The notes under the pieces: model-generated
Databases searched by the model: none
What the model was told of the DNA's origin: nothing
Seen by the model: only the letters and a program-made list of their open reading frames with translations
Shown: positions 1 through 12,896 of the stretch, in pieces
Layout: every line of letters starts with the position of its first letter
Numbering within the stretch: position 1 is the stretch's first letter
Assembly: GCF_009914755.1 (NCBI RefSeq)
Contig: NC_060931.1
Direction: 5' to 3' (one strand)
Source of the DNA: the human T2T-CHM13v2.0 reference genome, Homo sapiens
DNA length: 64,000 bases
Made by a program: the position numbers and the translations under genes

Positions 1-185
<185 letters not shown>

Positions 186-189
186 GCAG

Positions 190-3100
190 GAGTCCTAGAC
201 CAGGGCTGGTTTTCAGAGAGTCTACTGGTTCCACAAATCCATCAGTATTAATTTCCTTTGTCCTCAATTGTGTAAGTGGAGTGAACAGACTTGGAAACTG
301 GCACAACCCCAAGACTGGTTTCTTGGTCTGTTGTGTAAGAGGAAGCCCAAGTGAAAGCTTCAAACCATCCTTCTAGCCATAACTAAATCAAAATCAATGT
401 CACATTCTTAAGAAGTAATAGGCATTAAATTTATCTTAATTTTGAAAGCTCTGACGATGGTATTGTGTTTACATTTCCAAAATTATCTAAGTGCCACCCT
501 TAAAGACTAAAGGAAGCAGGAGGCAGAGGTGGTGTACTCCAACATATCCCCATTTAATTCACCAGCTGAGATCCCATAAAACCAAAGACTGGAGAATGGT
601 GCCTGAATATCACAAATTTAACCCAGTACACTCTATTTGCAGCCACTGTGCCAAATTTAGAATATTTCAGCCTTAAGTACATGACATTTGGCAAATGAAT
701 TTTTTCCATCCCTCTCTGAAAGGAGAATTCAAAACTATTTGCAAGTGCTTTCAGGGTTAACAGTACATTTTTACAGGCATGTACCAGGGCTTTCAACTCT
801 TCTGAATGTTATCCAGATCTAATGCAAAGGAACCCGAACTGTGTGAACATTCTGTAGAACATCATTTGGTCCACCATATCAGCAGCATCACATTAAAGCA
901 GATGAGCAAGAAGTGGAAGGTACATCAGAGGTCCTGGTGAGAAGAAAGGTGGGACATAAGCCCTATGAAGAGTCAGGGGTCCCCCATGTCAATGAAGCTT
1001 CTAGGGGTCAGTAGTCCAAGGTATGCTAGAATATCCTCTCCAATCTAAAGAAAAAATTATTGCATTTCATAATTTAAACCACTAAGAATGAAACACAGCA
1101 CTTTATTTGGCCTTTCTGGGTTCTGGAGGCAGCACATTCTACATTTAGGAATGTGATCCATTTATTGGATGACATTAAATGCTGCCAGCTTAGAATGGGG
1201 CCCAGAGCATGAAACAGTGCTGCAGCAGGTCCAGCCTGCAATGAAAGAATCCCTGTCACTCCATGTGATTAGAAATTTAGAGAAGGAGAAAAGATGCCCT
1301 GTGATGCTTATAACAAGCACCAATAGGAAAATCAACACAGACTCTAGGATTCTGAAACAAGGTTGTGCTATCTGCAAGAGGGAACTATACACCTTTCAAA
1401 AATATTTTCTGGCAGGTTACTGTACTCTGGTGGAGAAATACCTGTCCATGAATCATCAGGTGTCATGAGCTGAGTTCTGTCAGATCACTACATCATAAGG
1501 TTGAGTGAGCCCAGCCTTAATCCATTGTTATAGTAAGTGGGACCATCTGAGATCTGGAACAAGCAGTACCAGGGATGCATGAGTAGGTGGCTCAGATCAC
1601 CCACATTATCCACTATTATTACAGTACCAGGTCTCTCATTCAACTCACCTCTGGAAAAATGGGAGTACTGAATGACGAGCTCAAAGAGGAGGAAAATGCT
1701 GAGATTGGTTCATGCATGGATCAACTTGGTATATACGTCCAGGCCAAAAGTAAACTACTGCTGCACTGAAGCCTACTCAGGAGTGGGTCCTAGAGACAGG
1801 AATAATAAGAAATCCTCCTCATGGGCATAACTTCAGGTGAAGCAAATTGTCATCCCATTTATGTGAAAAGATAGGTGGCTTGACATAGAATATATAATGA
1901 TGCACAGGCAGTGATAAATGGCAAGGCTGGTTGGCCAGGGCCCTGGAGGGAAACAGGAGGTCTAGGGAAGAGGTATAAGGAAGGACATATGAAAGTAAGT
2001 ACAAAGAGTGAAGATTATTGCACATTAATTCCTACCAGAGAGCTTTCCCTTTGTAAGAACTAAAATCTTAGACACAACGCAGGTACCATACTGTGTCATG
2101 AGCCATCCCATTGATGGATGGTGCAATGGGCTTGTAAGTGCAGTACCCTTGGTGGAGTGATGGATGCTATATGTGGGTCCAATAGCATGGGTGGCCAGTC
2201 ACCAAAACTGAGCTGGCTCCTGCCACTGCTGAATTTCTAACCTGCCAGCAAAAGACACCAAAGCTGAGAATCCAATATTGCATCATCCCTCAGAGAGAAC
2301 AACCAGCTACTTTGAGGCAAACTGATTACACTGAAGCCCCTCCGCTTTAGAAGGGGCAGCAACTCATCTTGACTGGAATCAATGCATATTCAGGATATGG
2401 GCTTACCTCTCCCTTCTTCAGGGCCTCAGTCAGCACCACTATGCAAGGGCTTACGAAATGTGTGACCCACGAACATAGGATCCTGCACAACATTGTGTCA
2501 GACCAGGGAAATTATTTTATGGCATAGAGGTGCAGAAGCGGCCATGTGACCATGAGATCCACTGGACTATCACGGCCTACACCATCCAGAAGATGAAGGC
2601 CTGACAGAGAGATGGAATAATCTTTTGAAAATATAACACTGGCTTCAGCTTTGAGAAAATATCCTATGAGCACCATCCACCAGACTCAGTATGTTTACTC
2701 ACTAAATCTATGATCATTTCATGGTGCTGTGTCTCCATGACAAAATACAGAAATACAGAAACCAGTGAGAGAAAGTAACAGTGGCTATGCCTACTGTGGC
2801 CCACTTTGGGAGTTTGTGCTTCTGGTCCCCAGAGCTCCGGGCTTTGAGGGTCTAAATCCCATGACGGTGAATTTCTTCGTCATGGGACTTAACAGGAAGC
2901 TCTTAAACTTTAAGCTACTGCTGCACCCAGTTACTTTGGAATTTTTGTGTTAAGAGACTAGCAGGCACAGAAAGGAGCCAGCATCCTGACAGGAGTAATT
3001 GATCCTGATCATTAGGCACAGATCTAGCTGTTACCTGACAACAGAAGCTGGAAGAATACATCTGGTAACCAGGAAATCCGCTGGGACAGGCTTTGTAATG

Positions 3101-3440
3101 CTATGAACAATTTTAATAATAAATAGACAACTGCAGCAGCCAAGACCAGGGAATCAGACTGCAGAGAGATAACGGTCTTGGTCCGCCTACCAGGTAGGTC
3201 ACCTAGACCAGAGGCACTAGTTGAGAGTGAGGTGAATCCAGGATAAGTGGTTGAGGAGAGAGATGATGAATATCAGTAGCAGATGTAAGACCAGCTGCAA
3301 CCATGGGGGCTATAGTTTATCCCATATCCTTCCTCTTCTATGTTTCCCAGGAAATGTGACCAATCAGAACCCTGAAAGAGCTGCTCTAAAAATGTACGAT
3401 ACAAAACAAGGTACTCTGAGTAGCACCAGGAATGGACAGT
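190..3440 (+). mobile_element. Decayed ERVL internal region (HERV16/ERV3-16A3-like), pol remnants
   Basis: Broken RT/RNaseH/integrase-like peptides (KDWRMV..YHKFNPV; LEWGPE; HNIVSDQG..F) followed by an LTR16-like LTR; many stops and frameshifts. Confidence 0.75.
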
Positions 3441-4256
3441 ATTGAATACTGTGGCTTTCCACCCAGATAACTCTGCTTCAGGCCTGAGCCACTCATCTCA
3501 TTCCCTCAGTTGAGAAGAGTCTTGGAAGCTGAAGGTCTTCAAATGAGTCACCCTCCCATCTTCAGGAATTGCCCTGAGCCTAAAAGAGTCACTTGAGCTG
3601 ATGCAGCTTGGATATCTGTCCCCTCTAGAATCTCCTGCTGAAATTTGATCCCCAGTGTTGGAAGTGGGAACCGTTAGGAGGTGTTTGGGTGATGGAGGCA
3701 GATCCCCTATGAGTGGCTTGGTGCTGCATTCACAGCAATGAGTGAATTCTCTATTAGTTCCAGTGACATCTGATTGTTGGGTGACACTGGCACCCCTTTT
3801 CTTTCTCTCTTGCCATGTGATCTCTACACTCAGGGCTCCTCCTTCCCCCTGCACCACGAGCAGAAGTTTCCTGAAGCCCTCACCAGATGCTGGTGCCATG
3901 CTTCTTGTACAGCCTGCAGAACTGTGAGCCAAATAATCCTCTCTTCTTTATAAACTACCCAGCCTCAGGTATTGCTTTATAGCAATGCAATGAACGAAGA
4001 CATCGGCCAAGGACAGCCCTCGCCCAGTTGTGGGTCAAGGCCAAGGTCAAGTCCGGGTAACTCTGAAGGGCTCTTCCAGTTCCCCATGGAGTTGGCTAAG
4101 GCCTCTGTTGTGACTGCCCCACAGTTCAACACCTCCCTCTACCCAGTCCTGGTGCTTTTACTTCCTTACCGGTGTCACTTCTGAGATCACTCAATAAACT
4201 TCATACACATAAATCTCAACTCCGAGTCCGTTTCTTGGGAACCCTGAGCTAAAATA
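3440..4256 (+). mobile_element. LTR16-family 3' LTR, interrupted by an MST LTR
   Basis: LTR16-like tail ...ctcaataaac...ctccgagtccgtttcttgggaaccc; follows ERVL internal sequence. Confidence 0.7.
3598..4002 (+). mobile_element. MSTB-like MaLR solo LTR
   Basis: ttggatatctgtcccctc...gaaatttgatccccagtgttgg...cagaactgtgagccaaataa...aagaca. Confidence 0.85.
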
Positions 4257-5380
4257 ATGGTTTGGATCTGAAAAGGTAATAATATGCCTATCTTTTTATT
4301 GGAGAAGACCATGAAAAAGGAAACATTTTCCATGTAAAAGGAAAACTGTCCTCTCAACAATACCACTTGCCTAGTAGATATCAAAATGGAATGCTGTGTT
4401 TAAACCAAAATTGCTTTTAACCAGCTGAAACTAATAAAGAAGAATTACACCTGTTTACTAGACTTTCATCAAAATAAAAAACTTTCCTAACCAACTGCTA
4501 AACCAACTTGAAGGTACTTTTAGACTTACCTGACTTGTTTAATCAACTGTGGATGTACTTTTGGATTAATCCTGCCCTATAGGGAGTGAAAGCTCCAATT
4601 ATTAATCAGCAGAACCTTGATTTTTGCTTCTCAGCTAACTATTCAGCTCATATTTCTCTGCCTGGATTATAAATAAACTAAGCACTGGCTTTGCTCATCA
4701 CTGTGGTGGTCAATTTAAAGAATACATAACATGCTTTTTCTTTAACAAGAGAGAATTTTATATCATTTCTTTTTCTTCCTTGAAATCATATTTCATTTCA
4801 TTGTTTTTTTAATTAAAGGAGATTTTTTTCTGACATCAATATTTCATGTCTGTTTGACATCCCTAGGGTTTTACACCTGGGGCAAAGACTGAAAAGAATG
4901 ATTTCCGTCATAAGCGGATTGAAGAAAGGCAATTTGGAAAGGGAGGTCAGCGCAAAGAATCACAAAAGTGTTCTCAGGCAGGTCAGATTCAGGTTTTAAT
5001 AAAGAGACAAACGGTAAATGAGGATTTGGGAACTGCTTCCCTTACCCCTTTCCAAGCCTGCCTGCCCTAGGGAATCCCAGTGTGTCCCAGGAATGAGCAC
5101 AGCTCAGCTTGTAAATATCAGCTTGGTGGCTTCACAACTCCTCCTTTTCATTCTCCAGATACTCTTACTCATTTGCTGGTGGCTCTCTGGACCTTTCTGT
5201 CCCTTTGCTTCTCACCTTTCACCTCTTCGTCTCTTCTTTCCTCTCCATATACATTTTGTTCATGTTCCTCCTCCAATTTTTATCTTAAATGTCATTATTT
5301 TCTTCATTTCCCCAATGCTTCTTTTTTTTTCTATTTTTGCCCTTTTATGAATTTTCAGTCTCTTATCTGGCAAGAACAAC

Positions 5381-5783
5381 TATATATATATATATACACA
5401 CACACATATATATGTGTGTATATATGTGTGTATATATATACACACATATATATGTATATATATGTGTGTATATATATACACACATATATATGTATATATA
5501 TGTGTGTATATATATACACACATATATATGTATATATATGTGTGTATATATATACACACACATATATGTATATATATGTGTGTATATATATACACACATA
5601 TATGTATATATACACATATATACATATATGTATATATACACATATATACATATATGTATATATACACATATATGTATGTATATGTGTGTATGTATATACA
5701 CACACATATGTATATATACACACGTATGTACACACAGATACATATGTACGCACATAGATATACATATATACACATTACATATG
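5381..5783. repeat. Complex (TA)/(CA)/(TG) repeat with a ~38-bp higher-order unit
   Basis: Recurrent tatatatacacacatatatatgtatatatatgtgtg; about 400 bp of alternating purine-pyrimidine. Confidence 0.97.
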
Positions 5784-6875
5784 TAAATAACTATAACATG
5801 TTAATTATATATTTTATACAGAGATATTTATTATGTTGTATGTATATATTTTTATAATTTCTCAGTTTTATATGCCTTATTAATTTAAAAGGCAGAGAAG
5901 CTGTATATTTCTAATTTCTCTCTTAAAAAATACTAAATTTTTTATTATTTGTACATAGTCTATAATTGATTTGCTTTTCATGAGGAAACTAGCTCTCCTC
6001 ACCTGGCATCCAAATATGAGGTGCACATTTACCATACACTGCTTTACATATATGATCTCATCTATCTGACAGTAATTCTAAATAGGAGAAGAACACAAAG
6101 ATTTCAAAAATGTTTAGATTTGCTTTTCTGATTGTTCATCTACACCTAAATTACTATATTTGAAATAGTCATTTTGATAAAATGTTTTTACTTGCTAATA
6201 TCTAGTTTATACTTCAATCAAATTCAGCAACAGAGAGAGCAAAAACATATGAAATATGCAATGAGATCAGTCCCTTAAAAAGACTGGAATCAAAACCGGA
6301 GATTTATCATGAGACACATGACTTGGGCCAGATTCTCCAAAAAGGAGGGTAAATATGTAGAAGCAGAATCAGCCCTGCTGAGGAAGTGAGGAAGAAGGAC
6401 AGAAGCCATTTGTCTCTGAGGACCATCTGATCAGGGAACAAAGAGGCCATTTGCTTGCGTACCTGGAACCTTTTGGGATTGGGACCTTGTGTACCTGGAA
6501 CTTTTTGGGACCATGTCCCCCATCATGATCAGGGAGCAAAGGGGTCATTTGCTTGTGTACCTGGGACCTGAACACCATGACAGGAAGTGTCCTCATTGCC
6601 ACCCTGGCCTGAGGTTTGGGCCTCTGCTCCCCGTGCAGGTCATCTGGGTTCACAAGTACCAGCAGGCCCAACAGCAGCAGCCAGAAGAAGGTAGACAAGT
6701 GGGCGGGAACTACTGAAGAAAGAACAAAGGGCCCCAGGGTGACCAGGGCACTGTATTTGCTGCGATGACCAGGATAGTGACCACACCAAAGACCCAGGGA
6801 GCAGTGACAGCAGTAAAATGGTTCTACAGATGAAAACTGGGGACTGCAGCAAGGACCCTTTAGCCCCCATCCTCT

Positions 6876-7368
6876 TTTCTTTTAAAAAAAATTCTTTGGG
6901 GGTATAATTTACATTAAAAAACTGTACATACTTCATGTACACAACTTGATGAGTTTGGAGATAAGTATTCACCCATGAATCACCACAATCCATGACAAAA
7001 GCATATCCATTACTCCAAAAATGTTTTCCTGCCCTGTTTATTTATTATTAGGTTTTTTTTTTTTTGGTGGTGGTAAGAAGACTTAACAGCACAACCCTCT
7101 CAGGAAATTTTGAAGTATTCAACACAGTATTGTTAATTACAGGCACTATGGTGTACAGTAGATCTCTAGGCCTTACTCGGCTTGCATAACTGAAACTTTG
7201 TGCCCTTTGCCTAATAATTCCCCATTTCCCCCTCCCAGGACGAATCTATAGGATATTACACTGAAGTGAAATAAGACACAGAAGGACAAACACTACATGA
7301 TGCCACTAGTATGAGAAATCTAAAATAGTCAAAACTCATAGGAGCAGAGAGTAGAACAGTGGTTGTCC
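6876..7368 (-). mobile_element. L1MA/L1MB 3' end with 5' inversion (7239-7368 in opposite orientation)
   Basis: L1M 3'UTR motifs on minus strand 6876-7238; the consensus-adjacent segment (aagtgaaataag...gtggttgtc) on plus. Confidence 0.8.
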
Positions 7369-7997
7369 TTGTCCCCCTTCTTGATACTCAGCCAAGGAGA
7401 GAAGGGCCAGGCTTCCAGCAGTCATGTGGGCAGGGGCTTTATGGAGCATCCTGGATTCCTTGCCCTTGTACTGCCCTCTCTCTACCTACTCGTAATCCTC
7501 CTGAGGCTACTGGGAGAGGATTCCTTTGCTATAGCTGCACAAACACACAGACAGGCAAATAACCAAACCTGCCCAATGAGTGCATGGATCCTCACCCTTA
7601 AACGTCCCTTCCTTGTCCTTAACCTTAACTCCCAGGGTACACATTTTCAGATTAGTAGAGTACATTGCTTTAAGTTGATAAGGGGACATTCCTGAAAGGC
7701 CCAAGTCAGTATTTTCCATTATTTTTATACTCTGTAATCCCTTTCACTACCCATGTAATATCCCAACTGCACTCCCATGAACTAGTTTTAAACACTTTGG
7801 CATTTTTGTGTATAATTTACATATTGTACCCTAAGTTCACTCTCAAGTTAGTTTTTAACAATATTTACTAAAAATAAAGAGTAGTTTTGATGTTTTCCCA
7901 TTTAATAAACACAGCATGCTATTTAAACAATATATGAAAATACATACTATTTATGGACAAATAATTCATATTAATGTAGCATGTTTGGTTAGGGAAC

Positions 7998-8366
7998 TGA
8001 TATGGTTTGGCTGTGTCCCCACCCAAATCTCATCTTGAATTGTAACTCCCACAATTCCTACATGTCATGGGAGGAACCCGGTGGCAGGTGATTGAATTAT
8101 GGGGGCGGGTCTTTCCTGCACTGTTCTTGTGATAGTGAATGAGTCTCATGAGCTATGATGGTTTTAAAAATGGGAGTTTCCCTGCACAAGCTCTCTCTTT
8201 GCCTGTCACCATCCACATAAGATGTGACTTGCTCCTCCTTGCCTTCCACCATGATTGTGAAGCCTCCCCAGCCACGTGGAACTGTAAATCCAATAAACCC
8301 CTTTCTTTTGTAAATTGCCCAGTCTCGGGTATGTGTTTATAAACAGCACGAAAACAGCCTAATACA
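7998..8366 (+). mobile_element. THE1 (C/D-like) solo LTR
   Basis: tgatatggtttggctgtgtccccacccaaatctc...aataca, perfect 5-bp TSD GGAAC. Confidence 0.95.
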
Positions 8367-8413
8367 GGAACTGAACAGTATAAAAAATGTAGACAAAGTT
8401 TAACTATGTATTA

Positions 8414-8760
8414 CAGGTTGAACATCCCTAATCTGAAAATCAAAAATCCAAAATGCTTCAAAACCCAAAACCTTTTGAGTGCCAACATGATGCCACAAGT
8501 GGAAAATTTCACACCTGACCTCATGTGATAGCTCGTAGTAAAAACGTTGTTTCATGCACAAGATTATTTAAAATATTGTATAAAATTACCTTCAGGCTTT
8601 GTGTTTAAGTGTAGCATGAAACATAAATGAATTTCATATTTAGACTTGGGTCCCATCCCCAAGATATCTTATGTATACGCAAATGTTCCAAAATCTGAAA
8701 AAAATCTAAATCCAAAAAACTTCTGGTTCCCGGCATTTCAGATAAGGGATATTCAATGTG
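8414..8760 (+). mobile_element. Tigger4/MER46 (Zombi) non-autonomous DNA transposon
   Basis: TA-flanked TIRs caggttgaacatccctaatctg / cagataagggatattcaatgtg. Confidence 0.85.
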
Positions 8761-9154
8761 TATACTGCATTTAAAACTGGCTTCAAGAATTGATGTTGGA
8801 AATTTTTAAATTTTGATTTTCAAAAAGTTAGCTTGTTTATTTTTATAACTTTTACATATGAAGAAATAAAAGATAAGCTTTTAAGTTGTGATTTACAAAC
8901 ATATTTTCACAATTACCATAATGCTAGGTTTGGATGTTTGCTTCCCTCAAAAAATGAAGAGTCAAAATAGCCATAATCATTACTATATTTTTTGAATATA
9001 GATTTTTTGAAGCACTATAGACAACTCAGTGTTTCATAAATTTTGACTGAATGAAGGCAATGTGTAGATCTAGTGAAGATCAGAGACATGTTTACAGCAA
9101 AAGTATGCATTCTGCCTCCAACCATTGATTGACTACAGGTTTGCATTAAACAAT

Positions 9155-9615
9155 ATGTGCTAGATCAATTCCATCTGCCTCTCAAGTTTTACTCTCCATC
9201 CTTCTCTACTCAATGACTCATTGTAAAGAGTTGGCTTTTATGGATTGCATCAAACAATCCCTTGTGCTATGGTTTCTGTTGGGTTTGGCCACTAGAACAT
9301 GAAGATATGTGGAGCTGGGTATCTACTGGGTATCTATTTCTCCAGGCTCTAGGTCACCACAGGCTGGCTGAGTCTTGTGACTGAAAGTTGCAGCTCCTGG
9401 GAAGGGGTCCTCTCCATCTCCTCACCTCTTCAGGCTTAGCTTGACCACAGCTCTCTGACATTAGTCACAGTGTTCTCCATTTTTTCTTGTGGTTCCACCC
9501 ACCATCCCCCATGCTTTTCACACATTTTAAATATTCTCCTCATTAAACTCTCATCAAATTACATAATTTGAACTTGAGCATTTTGGCTCTTTTCTGCCTT
9601 GACCCTGACTCTTAT
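9155..9615 (+). mobile_element. LTR33-like ERVL LTR
   Basis: ttctgttgggtttggcc and ...attaaactctc...tttctgccttgaccctgact motifs. Confidence 0.6.
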
Positions 9616-9973
9616 GTAATCAAGGACTATGAATGACAATGAAAAACCACAGAAGGGTTATAAACCTAGTAGCCTGAGGCATTCGGCTAACGTTAAAGGA
9701 ACTGAGCAATTAAATCATGAGTTATCTCATCTGATCTCTGTTAAATGCCACACACACTCAGCCAAACACATATTTAAGGCAAGAGAAAATCAGTCCAAAC
9801 ATCATTTTATTGTTTATTTTAAAAGCAGAAATGGAAACCACAAACACTCTTTAACCATAAACACTTCCTAAAAAATCTGTAAAGTTTGCAAGCCATCAGT
9901 TGGAAAAAAAAAAAAAAGTTTTGCTAAGTGAAGCAATTATTCTTCACTCCATCCCAATGAGTAAATTATGGAA

Positions 9974-9976
<3 letters not shown>

Positions 9977-10023
<47 letters not shown>
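9977..10023. repeat. (GT)n microsatellite, about 23 units
   Basis: Pure gt repeat. Confidence 0.98.
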
Positions 10024-10026
<3 letters not shown>

Positions 10027-10061
10027 GGGGATGGAGTGAGGTTTAAAAGTCTATGAATATG

Positions 10062-10410
<349 letters not shown>

Positions 10411-12522
10411 TTATGTATAGCACCAATGTTTGGAGTGAATTTTCATTACTTAATCTGTAAATGGAAATAGAGCCATAGCTTTCCTGTCCAGGGTGGAAGC
10501 TGGAATCCAAGGAAGGGTAATTTATTATGTGGCAAGGAGACAATCCCACCCATCCCATAATTGTTTGAGTCTTGAAGAATTCATGGAGAAGCTGCATTAT
10601 AAACACAAGAGATGACTATAATAGTGCAATATTTTTGAAACATGATGTGACAAGCTGGATCACTGACTTCCCCACTGACGACGGACGTGCAGCGAGCTGT
10701 GCTCATGGCATGATGGCTGGCTGAGAACACTGGCAGGAAAGGACACACAGCAACTCAGGGTGGAGGAAGCCCAGTTCTTCCTGTTCAGTTGACCATGCCA
10801 ACAAGAGGCCAGAAGAGAGTGCAATATGGCACTAGGGAACACTTGTCTCAAAGTATAAAATGTTTATTGATTTTCTTTTAATAAAATCCCTCCCACTCCA
10901 TTATGGCTTACATTATTGAGGTGGTGCCAGCTACTGGGCTCCAGTGAAGATATTTTTCCAAAGTGAAGGACCTATTCATCCAGATTCTTACTACTCTTTA
11001 CATCTCTGACCCAAAAAATGGCTATGCCTGCCCGGCTGCAGCATACTGTTACCCTCACATGCATGCACACACACACACATGCACACTTATGGGAAAGTTA
11101 CAGTCGATGATTCTTGAAGTAAAAGAAAATCCATAAGCCCCAAGGCAACACCTTGGAAGAGGTTGATGGACCCAAGAGAGAAAGGTCATGTGAGAGTAGA
11201 GGTGTGACCTCCTTTTCCCCAGGACATGTAGGATGGCCAATAAGAATCAGTACAAATCTTTCCACTTCCCCCTTCGGCCTTGTTTACTTTGTTTTATTTC
11301 ACCCTGCTTTCACCCTGTTTTGTTCATCCTCTTTACAGGATAAAAGAGAACCAACTGAGAGCCACAGGGTTGAACTGGAGAACAAAATACTGGTTACAAT
11401 GGAGGCCTATGCCCTGGAGGCTAAGGTGTGTAGCCTTCCAGAGAAGACCTTCATAACCAATGGTTACAGCATATTTTCTTCCCAGGCATTGGGCAAAACA
11501 GCAAAATTAATGCAATTTTTTCCAAGTCTCCCTCCCTCACCCTCCACAACCATATCTCAGGCAGCCAATATTTCCTTGCATTGCTCTACTGTCAAAAATG
11601 CTGCACTGGGCAGCTCACACCAATGCTTGACCCAAAGGAGTCACATGAATAAACAAACAGAGGAATAATTAATTATTTAGGAAGATATTCCCCCCAAATT
11701 ATCTTGCTGTCTGCCAAATCAAAACTTCCCTTTACTGATGACCATCAGCTTACTATTAATGTCATTTAAATTGGTGGTGAACCACACTATACATACTTAT
11801 AGTGATATTCGCCACCAGTTTAACCCTCCCAGAGGACCCTGTCATCCTTAAAGTAGATCTTTGTACATTGGAAAAAGCTGTAACCCAAATCTGTTGGGGT
11901 CAATGACACATGGAATCTATGGCATTTAATAGTATACAATCACAACACCCCCACCCCTTGCTCCAGCTCACTTTTCCAAGTGGCACTGCATCCTGAGGGA
12001 CCTATAACCAGCCATGATGACAGAGGAGGTAGATATAAATAACCACAAATAAAAAGGGCATCTCTTCCATGAACTGGATAATGTCCCAAGGGAGCAACAC
12101 ATTTCTAGCTTCTGACCATGTTGTCCTAAACAGTTCCGCCCAAACACAATTTTATATTAGCAAACGTAGTGTTGCTCAAACCCATTGATTTGCTGCGATT
12201 GGCCAAAGTACGATGAGCCAGTTGTCTTCATGAAGGCATTTTCACAAAACAGTCATGTTTTCAAAAATCATCAATGAAATTCACTGTAAGAATGCATCCA
12301 GGTATCTTAAAAATGTGCTAATTCTTTTTATTAACACCATTGCCTCATGCAGTGAGTTCTAGAACAACTACAATGCCTCTTAAGGAGACCTGGACAAGTA
12401 AGGTCTTTCAGAAAGGAACTGATGCAGTGAACACTGGATTTGGGGACAGGACTCATCTACCTCAGTTGCTTGCAGAGGCCTGGGGAGCCTCCTGCGAGGC
12501 CATGAGGTGGCTGGGCTCTTAC

Positions 12523-12588
12523 CTTACCACACTGCTTACATTTCCCCTCCTGCCGACGCCTGTGCACCCAGTGATGACGTACAAAATT
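12523..12588 (-). CDS. DGKI: DGKI coding exon 6 (66 nt): [22 protein letters not shown], start of C1B
   Basis: Acceptor ttttgttttcccacag|, donor AAG|gtaaga; HHW...CxxC. Confidence 0.97.
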
Positions 12589-12619
12589 CTGTGGGAAAAC
12601 AAAATTAAATGAATATTTT

Positions 12620-12896
<277 letters not shown>

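Noticed and set aside
491-1468. ORFs with retroviral pol-like words
   Set aside because: Short fragments of a heavily decayed ERVL; no intact RT motif or continuous frame
3420-3440. REST/RE1-like half sites (agcacc...ggacag)
   Set aside because: Non-canonical spacer, incomplete left half, lies at an ERV/LTR junction
5018-5857. Long Y/I/C/H/T/V-rich ORFs on both strands (up to 225 aa)
   Set aside because: Artefacts of the stop-free TA/CA/TG repeat
6369-6993. Hydrophobic minus-strand ORFs resembling a membrane-protein pseudogene
   Set aside because: No recognisable parent protein, no own poly(A) or TSD; better explained as a repeat-like element
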